Shown here in pieces: positions 48,254 through 57,806 of a DNA stretch of 64,000 bases; positions within the stretch are counted from its first letter, which is position 1; every line of letters begins with the position of its first letter. A program made the translations under genes and the position numbers. The stretch is from an uncultured Desulfobacterales bacterium. Its GTDB lineage: Bacteria; Desulfobacterota; Desulfobacteria; Desulfobacterales; SpSt-501. The stretch is taken from assembly GCA_938048455.1 (NCBI GenBank), contig CALIUY010000022.1:41815-105814 (forward strand). The letters run 5' to 3'. The notes under the pieces are model-generated. The model saw nothing but the letters and a program-made list of their open reading frames with translations, made no database searches and was not told the origin of the DNA.

Positions 48254-48283
48254 ATGCTACCATAGATCGCCCCGATCCGACAA
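48254..48283 (-). promoter_or_regulatory. Putative promoter of bcsBZC
   Basis: Minus strand TTGTCG-N18 with extended -10 TGgTAGCAT. Confidence 0.45.
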
Positions 48284-48400
48284 GTCCAGAGGAATCCCAC
48301 CGCCGGCGCGGGACCGGCTCTTGACAAGTCCGCCCGACAGGTTACTTCTTTGCCGGCTGCTTGCCGCTGACCCGGTTCTTCAGGACGGAAGGAGACGCCC

Positions 48401-49273
48401 ATGGCTGAAATTCTCGATCGGATGCCTTCCTCCCCCGAGGCGATCCGCAACGAGCAGGAAAAGGCGATCGCCCGCTCGCTGGCGCGCATCCGCCACAAGC
48501 TTCTGGTGATGAGCGGAAAGGGCGGAGTCGGAAAAACCAGCACCGCCGTGAACCTGGCGCTCACCCTCGCCGCGCGGGGCAAGCGTATCGGCCTGATGGA
48601 CGTCGACCTGCACGGCCCGGACGTGCCGCGCATGCTCGGCCTCTCCGGAACCCCGGAGGTGAACGCGGAGCGCAAACTCAACCCGCTGCGCGTCTCGGAT
48701 ACCCTGGCCGCGATCTCCATGGAATCTTTTCTCCCCGGCCGCGACGACGCCGTGATCTGGCGCGGGCCGCTGAAGTTTTCGGCCATCCGTCAGTTCATCG
48801 GCGACGTGGAATGGGGCGATCTCGATTTTTTGATCATGGATGCCCCCCCCGGCACGGGCGACGAGCCGCTTACGGTCGCCCAGCAGGTCCCCGAGGCGCG
48901 CGCCGTCATCGTCACCACGCCCCAGGAGGTGGCCCTCGCCGACGTGCGCAAGTCGATCAATTTCTGCCGCACGGTGAAGATGGCGATCCTGGGGTTGATC
49001 GAGAACATGAGCGGCTTCGCCTGTCCGCACTGCGGCAAACCGGTCGATCTCTTCGGATCCGGCGGAGGAGAGCGCACCTGCCGGGAAATGGGCATCGCCT
49101 TCCTCGGGCGCATCCCGCTCGACCCGCGGATGGTGGACTGCGCGGACCGGGGCCGCTCGTTCATCGCAAGCTTCCCGGATTCGCCCGTGAGCCGTGCGCT
49201 GGAGGCCGTCGCCGACCGGATTGTCGCCGCAACCGATTCCGGGAATCGACCGCCGGATTCCTCCGCCGGTTAG
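48401..49273 (+). CDS. Mrp/NBP35 (ApbC) Fe-S carrier ATPase
   Basis: SGKGGVGKT, WRGP, DAPPGTGDE, ENMSGFACPHC. Confidence 0.93.
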   Translation: MAEILDRMPSSPEAIRNEQEKAIARSLARIRHKLLVMSGKGGVGKTSTAVNLALTLAARGKRIGLMDVDLHGPDVPRMLGLSGTPEVNAERKLNPLRVSDTLAAISMESFLPGRDDAVIWRGPLKFSAIRQFIGDVEWGDLDFLIMDAPPGTGDEPLTVAQQVPEARAVIVTTPQEVALADVRKSINFCRTVKMAILGLIENMSGFACPHCGKPVDLFGSGGGERTCREMGIAFLGRIPLDPRMVDCADRGRSFIASFPDSPVSRALEAVADRIVAATDSGNRPPDSSAG

Positions 49274-50457
49274 CCGCCTTGCGCGGCGCACGCCCTTTCC
49301 CGTGCGCGGCGGAACCCCTCCCGGGCCGCCAGGATCGTCTTCTCGGGGACGGCGAACGAGAGGCGGAAATGCCCCGGAACGCCGAAAGCGCATCCCGGGC
49401 TGGCGAGAATCCTCTCCTCGCGCAGCAGTGCGGTAAAGCGCCGGTCATCGGCGAGCGGGCTGCGGGGGAAGACGTAGAAAGCGCCCTCGGGGGGAACGAA
49501 GTCGTAGCCCGCCGCTTCCAACACCTCGCAGATGGACGTTCTTCGTCGCTCGTAGTGCGCGGTATCGACGCGGATTCCTCCGGCGCGGGCGATCGCGCGC
49601 TGGAAAAGCGCGGGTGCGTGAACCACCATCATGGAGTTGACGGCCGAGGCCGCCTCCACCACGTGCGCAGCGTCCTCGGCCGCGGGGTGAACCGCGAGGT
49701 AGCCCAGACGCTCCCCGGCCAGGCCCAGCTCCTTGGAAAAGGAATTGACGAGAATGCTGTGGGCGTAAGCCGGAAAGACGGGCGCGACCGCCGCGCCGAA
49801 GGTGATCGTGCGGTAGGGTTCGTCGGCGAGGAGATAGAGGCGCCGGTGGAGCCGGGAACTTGCTTCTTCGAGCACCGCTCCGAGCGCCTCGAGCTCGGCG
49901 GGGGTGTAAACGGCGCCGCTCGGGTTGTTGGGCGAGTTGATGAGGATGACCCGCGTCTTCGGTCTCAACACGGCGGCGATCGCCTCCGGGTCGAGGTGAA
50001 AGCGTCGGTCGGTTGCCGCCGCGACCAGGCGGGCGCCGGCGAGAAAGGCGTAGTTTTCGTAGCCCACGAAATAGGGCGCGGGGACGACCAACTCGTCTCC
50101 GGGTTCGCAGAGCGTGCGCAGGAGCACATTCAGGGCCCCCGAGGCGCCGGCGGTCATGACCACCGCTTGGGGGGGGACCTCGATTCCCTGCTCGGCCGAA
50201 AGCCTTTCGGCCACGGCGGCGCGCGCCTCCGGAAGGCCGGCCACGGGGGCGTAGCCGTGATCGAGGGCGGGGTCGGCCACCAGCCCGCGAAGAAGCCCGC
50301 GGAAGGTTTCCGGCGGCGGGGCGTCGGGGTTGCCGAGCGAAAAGTCGTAGACCCCCTCGGCGCCGAAGCGTTCTTTCATCCGGTGTCCCTCTTCGAACAT
50401 GTCCCGGATCACCGCAAAGGCGGCGAGCCGGGAGGCGATCGGCGGGGCGATCGGCAT
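49270..50457 (-). CDS. Class I/II PLP-dependent aminotransferase
   Basis: SLGNP, INSPNNPSG, DEPY, SFSKELGLAGERLG. Confidence 0.92.
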   Translation of the reverse strand: MPIAPPIASRLAAFAVIRDMFEEGHRMKERFGAEGVYDFSLGNPDAPPPETFRGLLRGLVADPALDHGYAPVAGLPEARAAVAERLSAEQGIEVPPQAVVMTAGASGALNVLLRTLCEPGDELVVPAPYFVGYENYAFLAGARLVAAATDRRFHLDPEAIAAVLRPKTRVILINSPNNPSGAVYTPAELEALGAVLEEASSRLHRRLYLLADEPYRTITFGAAVAPVFPAYAHSILVNSFSKELGLAGERLGYLAVHPAAEDAAHVVEAASAVNSMMVVHAPALFQRAIARAGGIRVDTAHYERRRTSICEVLEAAGYDFVPPEGAFYVFPRSPLADDRRFTALLREERILASPGCAFGVPGHFRLSFAVPEKTILAAREGFRRARERACAAQGG

Positions 50458-50652
50458 TGTTTGCAGCCTCCTTTCACCGGCCGGCGCCCGATGCGGTCGG
50501 GGCCGGCGGATCTTATCGGGAAGGGCTAACCCAAAACGGCCTCGGGCTCAAGGGGCGCTATTGACAGGGCCCATCCCCCCCGCTAAACCGTTCGGATCGG
50601 GATTCGAAACATCCCGTTCGACGTCCAAAGCCGCCAGGGAGGAAAAGAAGAC

Positions 50653-52590
50653 ATGGCCAAAGGAATGACCGGGAAAATCCTGCATGTCGACCTCACGGAC
50701 CGCCGGATCGAGATCGAGGAGCCGGGTGAGCTCTTCTACCGGCGTCTTCTGGGGGGCCGCGGCATCGGCTATCACTACCTGCTGCGCGACATGCCGCCGC
50801 GGACGGACGCCTTTTCGCCCGCCAACGTCTTCACCCTGGCGACGGGGGTGATGACCGGAGCCCCGCTTGCGGCCTCCTGCCGCTTCGCCGCCGTGGGCAA
50901 ATCGCCGCTCACCGGGGCGGCGGGGGAGTCCGAGGCGGCCGGCTTCTTCGGTCCCGAATTGAAGAAGGCGGGCTTCGACGCCGTCGTCTTCCGCGGCGCC
51001 TCCGAAGCGCCGGTCTACCTCTGGGTGACGGAGGGTCGGGCCGAGATCCGCGACGCGCGGGCGTTCGCCTTCCTCGAGACCCGCGAGGTGGAAGATGCGA
51101 TCCGCAGCGAACTGGGCAGCGACAAGATCCGCGTCGCCCAGGCCGGGCCGGCGGGCATGCGCCGCGTGCGCTTCGCCAACATCACCAACAACCTCGGTCA
51201 TTTCAACGGCCGAAACGGCTTCGGTGCGGTGATGGGTTCGAAGAACCTGCGGGCCGTCGCCGCGCTCGGGACCTCGGAGATCGAATTCCACGATGCGGAA
51301 TCCCTGCGGCGGACGGCGACCGATTACGCCAAGACCTTCCGTCGGAATCCGGCCGGGGAGGCGCTCTACACCTACGGAACGACCGTCTTTCCCGAGATCC
51401 TCTCCGCCGCGGGCGGGCTGCCGGTGAACCATTTCCGCGAAAGCGCCCTCGAGGATGCCTCGCCGCTCGGCGGCGACCGCTATAACGAGCTGCTGCTCAA
51501 ACGGCGCAAGGGCTGCCATGCCTGCCCCATCATGTGCAAGCGGGTCATCGCTCTCGAGGATCCGGTCTACGGCGTCGATCCGCGCTACGGCGGACCCGAG
51601 TACGAGACGATCGCCGCTCTGGGCAGCAACCTGAAGATCCTCGATCTGCGGGCCGTCGCCAAGGGAAACGAGATCTGCAACCGCTACGGCATGGACACCA
51701 TCACCGCGGGGATGACGATCGCCTTCGCCTGCGAGTGTTTCGAAAAGGGGATCCTCACCGCCGCGGACACCGACGGCCTCGAACTTCGCTTCGGCGATCC
51801 GGCGCTCGTGCTGCGACTGCTCGAGATGATCGGGCGACGCGAAGGCTTCGGGGAGGTTCTCGCCGAGGGATCGGCGCGGCTTGCCCGGCGTCTGAATCTC
51901 GAGGACGCCGATTTCTGCCTGTGCGTCAAGGGCCAGGAGCTCGCCCTCCACGACCCGCGGATCAAAGCCGGGGTCGGCATGGGCTATGCGCTCTGCACTT
52001 ACGGCGCCGACCACATGGATGCGCCCCACGACCCCTCCTTCGTGGACCCCGAATCTTTCTCCTTCCGTTCCGTGGGCGTCTTGGGCATCCACCAGCCCAT
52101 GCCCGCCACGGCGCTCAACGCCGACAAAGTACGCGCTTTCGTTCTGCTTGAGCGCTACTGGCGCATGCTCGATTCCCTGGGGCTGTGCGTCTTCGGCTTC
52201 GCCCCGCGCGGGGTGATGCCGATTCCCACCCTGGTCGAGTGCATCCGCGCCGTAACGGGCTGGGAGACAAGCCTCCTCGATCTCATGCAATCGGCCGAGC
52301 GCGGCTCGCTTCTCGCCCGCGCCTTCAACGCCCGGGAGGGTTTCACGCCGCGCGACGACCGGCTGCCGGGGCGGATCTTCGATCCCAAGCCGAACGGGCC
52401 GGGGGCGGGAAAGCAAATCTTCTCCCCCGAGGATTTCGCCAAGGCCCTCCAAACCTATTACGCGATCGCGGGCGTCGATCCGGCTACGGGCCGGCCCACG
52501 GACGCCAAGCTCCTCGAGGCAGGTCTGGAATGGGTGGCGGAGCTGCTCGCACGGGATTCCGAGGCGCCGCGGACGGGTCCCCGCCGCTGA
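50653..52590 (+). CDS. Aldehyde:ferredoxin oxidoreductase family (W/Mo-bis-pterin, 4Fe-4S)
   Basis: KSPLTG, GAVMGSKNLRA, CHACPIMC, PEYET, GMDTI, late Cys in LGLCVF. Confidence 0.93.
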   Translation: MAKGMTGKILHVDLTDRRIEIEEPGELFYRRLLGGRGIGYHYLLRDMPPRTDAFSPANVFTLATGVMTGAPLAASCRFAAVGKSPLTGAAGESEAAGFFGPELKKAGFDAVVFRGASEAPVYLWVTEGRAEIRDARAFAFLETREVEDAIRSELGSDKIRVAQAGPAGMRRVRFANITNNLGHFNGRNGFGAVMGSKNLRAVAALGTSEIEFHDAESLRRTATDYAKTFRRNPAGEALYTYGTTVFPEILSAAGGLPVNHFRESALEDASPLGGDRYNELLLKRRKGCHACPIMCKRVIALEDPVYGVDPRYGGPEYETIAALGSNLKILDLRAVAKGNEICNRYGMDTITAGMTIAFACECFEKGILTAADTDGLELRFGDPALVLRLLEMIGRREGFGEVLAEGSARLARRLNLEDADFCLCVKGQELALHDPRIKAGVGMGYALCTYGADHMDAPHDPSFVDPESFSFRSVGVLGIHQPMPATALNADKVRAFVLLERYWRMLDSLGLCVFGFAPRGVMPIPTLVECIRAVTGWETSLLDLMQSAERGSLLARAFNAREGFTPRDDRLPGRIFDPKPNGPGAGKQIFSPEDFAKALQTYYAIAGVDPATGRPTDAKLLEAGLEWVAELLARDSEAPRTGPRR

Positions 52591-53681
52591 AGCCGGATCG
52601 GCCGGGGCGCTCCGGATCGGAGAACGGCCGCCGGGGTTCCGTCCGCCTTCTCACCCTGGGCGGCGGCAGCGGGCAGTTCGCCCTGCTCGCCGGGCTGCGT
52701 GATCTGCCCGGAATCGAGATCACCGCCGTCGTTTCCATGGTCGACAGCGGCGGCAGCACGGGGAGGCTGCGCGACGAGTTCGGGATCCTTCCCCCCGGCG
52801 ACATCCTCAAGTGCATCGTCGCCCTTTCCCCCCACCGGGAAATGGCCCGCACGCTCCTGCTCAAGCGCTTCGTCGAGGATCGCCGGCTGAAAGGGCACAA
52901 TGCCGGCAACATGCTCCTCACCATGCTCAGCCGGTACGCCGGCAGCTTCGCCGCCGGCGTGCAGGCCCTGGCCGAAATCCTCGACGTTCGCGGTCGCATC
53001 CTTCCGGTCACGGTGGACCCCGCCACCCTCGTGGCGGAGTTGACCGACGGCAGCCGCGTGTTCGGCGAAAAGGCGATCGACGTCCCGCGCGGTTTGCAGC
53101 GCGAAAAGATCCGCGAGGTCTTTCTCGTCCCTCACCACAGCGAAGCCGTCTCGGTCTATCCGCCGGTGATCGACGCCGCCTGGTGGGCGGACTACATCCT
53201 GATCGGACCGGGGGATCTCTTCACCAGCATCCTTGCGGCGCTTATCGTCCCCGGTGTCGCCGACGCCCTGCGACGCTCTCAGGGCCGGATTCTGTACATC
53301 CTGAACCTCATGACCAAGTTCGGAGAAACCGACCGCTTTCGGGGCCGGGATTTCGTCGAACGGCTGGAGGCGGCTCTCGGGCGCGCGGTGGACGGCGTCA
53401 TCGCCAATCGGCGCCGTCCGCCGGAGGCGCTCCTGCAGGCCTACCGCCGCCAGAAGGCCGAATTCGTGGAAGTGGACCCCGGCGAGGACTTCTGGAAGAA
53501 ACGACGGCTTTACGTCGGCGATCTGCTCGACACCGCGGGCGGGATCGTGCGGCACGATTCGGCGAAGCTGGCGGCGCTGATCGGCGGCATCATCGCCCCG
53601 GCCTCGCCCGCCGGTAAAGGCGCGGAAAGGAAAACGCGATGCGCATCCGCACGGCGACCCTCGAGACGAACTGCGAAGTGA
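52587..53681 (+). CDS. YvcK/GlmR (CofD-like, UPF0052) protein
   Basis: LGGGSG, VDSGGSTGRLR, PPGDI, GHNAGN, GPGDLFTSI, RHD. Start uncertain (CTG 52587 or ATG 52530). Confidence 0.85.
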   Translation: MKPDRPGRSGSENGRRGSVRLLTLGGGSGQFALLAGLRDLPGIEITAVVSMVDSGGSTGRLRDEFGILPPGDILKCIVALSPHREMARTLLLKRFVEDRRLKGHNAGNMLLTMLSRYAGSFAAGVQALAEILDVRGRILPVTVDPATLVAELTDGSRVFGEKAIDVPRGLQREKIREVFLVPHHSEAVSVYPPVIDAAWWADYILIGPGDLFTSILAALIVPGVADALRRSQGRILYILNLMTKFGETDRFRGRDFVERLEAALGRAVDGVIANRRRPPEALLQAYRRQKAEFVEVDPGEDFWKKRRLYVGDLLDTAGGIVRHDSAKLAALIGGIIAPASPAGKGAERKTRCASARRPSRRTAK

Positions 53682-54436
53682 GCGGCCCGCGGGACGCCCC
53701 CGTCGTCCTGCTCAGCCACGCGTTAGGGACGAGCCTCCATCTCTGGGATCCGCAACTGGCGGCCCTCGAGTCCCGCTTCCGCGTGGTGCGCTACGACATC
53801 CGCGGCCACGGGGAAAGCGAAGTCCCCCCCGCGCCGTACTCGCTCGCCGGACTCGCCGCCGATGCGATCGCCCTGCTCGATGCGCTCGGGGTGGCGCAGG
53901 CGAGCTTTGCGGGGATCTCCTTGGGAGGCATGATCGGTCAGGTGATGGCGCTGCGGCATCCCGGACGGATCGTACGCCTGATCCTCGGGGACACGAGCGC
54001 CCGGATTCCGCCCGAAGGGACGCAGGCCCTGCGGGAGCGCATCGCGCTGGCGCGCCGCGGAGGGATGGCCGCGCTGGTCGAGGCGACGCTTGCGCGCTGG
54101 TTCACACCGCGGTTTCTTGCAGCCGAGGGGCCGGGGGTGGCCATGATCCGGCATCTGTTCCTGCGGACGCCGGTCGAGGGCTACGTCGGCTGTGCGGAGG
54201 CGATCTGCGGGCTCGATCTGCTGGGCGAGCTGCCGCGTATCGGCCTTCCCACACTGATCGTGGTCGGCGAGGAGGATCCCGGCACTCCGGTGGCGGCGGC
54301 GCAGGCGATCCACGAGCGGATCGCGGGGTCGCGTCTGGAGATCCTCCCCTCGGCCTCGCACCTGGCCAACGTCGAGCAGGCGGAGCGTTTCAACCGGCTG
54401 CTGCTCGAGTTTCTGGAGGCGGCCCCGGCGGCCTGA
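53639..54436 (+). CDS. 3-oxoadipate enol-lactonase-like alpha/beta hydrolase
   Basis: YDIRGHG, GISLGG nucleophile elbow, RWFT, EED, SHLANVEQ. Confidence 0.85.
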   Translation: MRIRTATLETNCEVSGPRDAPVVLLSHALGTSLHLWDPQLAALESRFRVVRYDIRGHGESEVPPAPYSLAGLAADAIALLDALGVAQASFAGISLGGMIGQVMALRHPGRIVRLILGDTSARIPPEGTQALRERIALARRGGMAALVEATLARWFTPRFLAAEGPGVAMIRHLFLRTPVEGYVGCAEAICGLDLLGELPRIGLPTLIVVGEEDPGTPVAAAQAIHERIAGSRLEILPSASHLANVEQAERFNRLLLEFLEAAPAA

Positions 54437-54454
54437 GGAACCGCGCTTTCCGTC

Positions 54455-54967
54455 TCATCGATCTCCGCTTTTGCCGGAGAGCAGCTCGGCGATGCGCCGC
54501 CGGATGAGATCGGCCAGCGCCTCGGCTTCCTGGCGCCCGAAGGGGGCGACGCTGCGGGCGAGATCCTCCACCCGCTCCTCGGCAAGATCGGTCATCTTGC
54601 TCACCAGGAAGGCGTCGATCTCGGCGTCCTCGAAGCGCAGGCCGCAGGCGCCCACGGCGCCGACGAACTCCTCGCCGGCGAAAATCGGAACCACGATCTT
54701 GATCATCCCCGCGTCGCACTCCTCGATCACCGGCTCGCGCGTGCGTGCGGCCTGGGCGGCGAGGTTCATGTGCGCGGGCGCGCAGATGAAGCTCTGGCCT
54801 TTGTCGGTGTCCTTGACCGCCGGGCACAGGCGATTCGCCCAGCGCTTTTCGGGCAGGATGCGGTAGCCGCGCGGGTCGAAGACGCTGACATCCATCCCTG
54901 ATCGTGCGTGGAGTTCCTCCTCGAGCGCCCGCCATCCTTCCAGGGGCGCCAGATCGGTCAAGGTCAT
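54455..54967 (-). CDS. Stand-alone PocR ligand-binding-domain protein
   Basis: LCPAVK...FICA...ECDAGM..IVVPI...VG Cys pattern, 170 aa, no output domain. Confidence 0.75.
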   Translation of the reverse strand: MTLTDLAPLEGWRALEEELHARSGMDVSVFDPRGYRILPEKRWANRLCPAVKDTDKGQSFICAPAHMNLAAQAARTREPVIEECDAGMIKIVVPIFAGEEFVGAVGACGLRFEDAEIDAFLVSKMTDLAEERVEDLARSVAPFGRQEAEALADLIRRRIAELLSGKSGDR

Positions 54968-54983
54968 TGCTGTTCTCCTCGGT

Positions 54984-56003
54984 TCATCGAAGGTTTCCCT
55001 CTCCCGCCTGCAGGAAGCGGGCCAGGCGCTCGAGACCTCGGGCTACGGAAACCCGGGGGCGGTAGCCCAGATCGCGCCGCGCGGCCGAGAGGTCAAACCA
55101 GTGCGCGGTGCCCAGGGCCTCGGCCACGAAGCGCGTGAGCGGCGGCTCCCCGGGGAGCCGCAGCCCCCGCCAGAGCCACTCGCAGACCCAGCCGATCCGC
55201 CGTGCGGCGACAAGCGAGATCGAGCCCCGCACCGCAGGACGCCCGGCCGCGTGCAGCAGGCGGTCGATCATTTCCCAGGCGGGCAGGGGTTCGCCCTGGC
55301 TGATGAAAAAGACGCGCCCGGAGAGGGCCGCGTTTTCCGCCAGCGCCCGATCCGCAAGCAGGTGCGCCTCCGCGGCGTCGTCGATGAAGGTCGTGTCCAC
55401 GAGGTTTTTCCCGTCCCCGATCCGCCGCAGGCGGTGGGCGCGCCGCAGCAGCCGGGGAAGGAAGTGCGGGTCCCCCGGTCCCCAGATCTGGTGAGGGCGG
55501 AGAACGATCGTCCGCAGATCCCCGCCCTGGCCTGCGGCGATGACCGCCCGTTCGGCTTCGGCTTTGGTGGCCGGATAATGGGCGTTGTAGCGCGCGGGGT
55601 AGGGAGCCGACTCGTCGACCCCTTCCAGGTCACGGCCGTTGAAGACGACGCTCGGGGAGCTCGTGTAGACCAGGCGTTGGACCCCGTGGCGAAGGCAGGC
55701 GTCGATGACGTTTCGGGTTCCCCGCACGTTGGTCCGCACGTAGTCCCGCCTTCGACCCCACGGCGGCGGCTTGGCCGCCGTGTGAAAGACGACTTGCACC
55801 CCCCGGCAGGCCCGGTCCACCGCTTCGGGGTCGGCGAGGTCGCCGGGCACGAAGCGAACGGGCAGACGGGAGAGCCCCGGGGGCTTCGAGCGGCTGAAGC
55901 CCCGCACCCTCCGGCCCCGGGCGACAAGGGCGGAAACCAAGGCCGAGCCGAGAAAGCCGCCCGGGCCGGTGACCAGAACGGGTTCGCCGCCGCCGCGGTT
56001 CAC
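54984..56003 (-). CDS. oleD: OleD 2-alkyl-3-oxoalkanoate reductase (extended SDR)
   Basis: VTGPGGFLG, TSSPSVVF, YPATK, LRPHQIWGPGD. GTG start overlaps the oleC stop. Confidence 0.88.
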   Translation of the reverse strand: MNRGGGEPVLVTGPGGFLGSALVSALVARGRRVRGFSRSKPPGLSRLPVRFVPGDLADPEAVDRACRGVQVVFHTAAKPPPWGRRRDYVRTNVRGTRNVIDACLRHGVQRLVYTSSPSVVFNGRDLEGVDESAPYPARYNAHYPATKAEAERAVIAAGQGGDLRTIVLRPHQIWGPGDPHFLPRLLRRAHRLRRIGDGKNLVDTTFIDDAAEAHLLADRALAENAALSGRVFFISQGEPLPAWEMIDRLLHAAGRPAVRGSISLVAARRIGWVCEWLWRGLRLPGEPPLTRFVAEALGTAHWFDLSAARRDLGYRPRVSVARGLERLARFLQAGEGNLR

Positions 56004-57715
56004 GGGGACATGGCCTTTCGTCCTCGGCCGCGAGCGCTTTTCATCTTCATCCGACCGGCGGCCCAGGAGGCGAGGTCTTCGCGCCGGATTTTCGCGTTGT
56101 GCCGGATGTCCACCGGGAACGAGCGATGAAAGAGCACGGTGCGGATCGAGCGGGTCATCTCGTGGCGTCGGGCGAGATCCAGGAGATCTTCGCGCACGAC
56201 CTCGCGACGGACCCGGCGCCGGGTCTTGCGCAACTCGACACACAGCACCGGCACCTGGTGTCCGCTCGGCCCCACGCCGACGAGGGCGCTGCGGCGGACG
56301 AGGGGATGGGTGTTGAAAATCCCCTCGCAAGGGACCGTGAAGAGGGTTCCGGAGGAGGTGATCACCCGATGGCTTTTGCGGCCGCAGAACCACAGACGGC
56401 CCTTGCGGTCGATCCATCCCAGATCGCCCATGCGATGCCAGAACCCGCCTTCGCCGTCGGCGACCTTGTGTAGGGCGTCGGCCTGGGGATTTTCGAAGTA
56501 GCATGGACTCACGTGAGCTCCGCGCACGACGATTTCCCCGATCTCGCCGGCGGGCAGCTCGAGCGCATCGTCCCAGTACGGAATCGGCTCGTCGCGGATG
56601 CGCAGAATCCGCACTTCGATCCCCGGGACGGGGGTGCCGACGCAGATGCCGTAGCCCCGCTCGGTGAGCGGGCGCGTCTCGGTGAGGATCTCCGCGTCGC
56701 GGATGACGGCGACCGGGACGGCCTCGGTTGCGCCGTAGGGGGTGAGGATTTCGGCGGAGGAAGCGAGCAGCGGGCGTACGCCGGCGACCACCGCCGGCGG
56801 AACCGGCGCTCCGGCGGAGATCACGCGCCGCAGAAAGGGGAGCCGCAGGCCGCGATCGGCGCAAAATTCGGCCAGGCGTTCGAGCAATGCGGGCGAGGCG
56901 AAGAGGTTGGTCACCCCTTGGTTCGCCATCACCTCCACGAGAAGCGCCGGGTCGGCCTTCGCCGGACGCCGGGGATCGAGCGGCGGAAGCACGGCGGTCA
57001 CGCCCAAGGCGGGGTAGAAGAGGGCGAAGAGCGGAAAGGTGGAGAGATCCTTTTCCTCCGGGCCGAAGGGCAGTTCGCGGCCGACGGCGCGGAGCTGGGC
57101 GGCGAAGCCGCCGTGGGTGTAGACGGCGCCTTTTACCGGGCCGGTGCTGCCGGTCGTGAACAGGATGGCCGCGGGTTCGTCGGGGGCGGTCGGGGCGGGG
57201 GGAAACGGGCCGCGGCCCGTCCGGTAAAGCGAGCGAAGCGTCCTGCCCCCCCAGAACCATCTGCGGCCGACGGTGACGCGGATGCGAACGTCCCGGAAAG
57301 GCTTCCGAAAGAGGCTCCGGAAGGCGTGCGCGCGGGGAATGCCGATCATGGCCTGAGGGCGGGTCGAGCGATAGCAGGCGAGCATGCGCCGCAACCCCAT
57401 GCCCGGATCGACGATCACGGGCACGGCTCCGACCTTGAAAAGGGCGAAGAGGATCTCGAAAAATTCGAGGCTCGGGCCGACCAGAAGGATCGTGCGTATG
57501 CCGCGGTCCAGCCCGATCTCCTTCAGGCCCCAGGCCAGGCGGTCCGAAGATTCCTCGAGTGCGGCGAACGTGAGGTGGGCATAGCGCAGGCGACCGTCCG
57601 GGCTGCGGCCCGCCGTGGCCACCACGGCCGGCTTGTAGGGCGAAGACCGGGCGGCCTCGCCCAGGGTCGAGGCGATGTTGGCGCCGGGGGCGTCCGCAGC
57701 AGGTGGGTCCGTCAT
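56000..57715 (-). CDS. oleC: OleC beta-lactone synthetase (ANL family)
   Basis: IVDPGMG, FTTGSTGPVKG, TFPLFALF, YGATE, HRMGD, FPVDIRHNAKI. Confidence 0.9.
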   Translation of the reverse strand: MTDPPAADAPGANIASTLGEAARSSPYKPAVVATAGRSPDGRLRYAHLTFAALEESSDRLAWGLKEIGLDRGIRTILLVGPSLEFFEILFALFKVGAVPVIVDPGMGLRRMLACYRSTRPQAMIGIPRAHAFRSLFRKPFRDVRIRVTVGRRWFWGGRTLRSLYRTGRGPFPPAPTAPDEPAAILFTTGSTGPVKGAVYTHGGFAAQLRAVGRELPFGPEEKDLSTFPLFALFYPALGVTAVLPPLDPRRPAKADPALLVEVMANQGVTNLFASPALLERLAEFCADRGLRLPFLRRVISAGAPVPPAVVAGVRPLLASSAEILTPYGATEAVPVAVIRDAEILTETRPLTERGYGICVGTPVPGIEVRILRIRDEPIPYWDDALELPAGEIGEIVVRGAHVSPCYFENPQADALHKVADGEGGFWHRMGDLGWIDRKGRLWFCGRKSHRVITSSGTLFTVPCEGIFNTHPLVRRSALVGVGPSGHQVPVLCVELRKTRRRVRREVVREDLLDLARRHEMTRSIRTVLFHRSFPVDIRHNAKIRREDLASWAAGRMKMKSARGRGRKAMSP

Positions 57716-57806
57716 GGCCGTCAGCCGGCGATCGGGTTTCCGAAAAACCGGACGGGGCGAATGCCCCGCCCGGCTCTTCCTCCCCTACCGCAAGGAGAGG
57801 GCTTTT

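Noticed and set aside
8138-52590. Selenocysteine or pyrrolysine read-through in redox genes (sdh, AOR, Mrp, YkgJ)
   Set aside because: All appear full length with terminal stops, and no interrupted catalytic motif was seen
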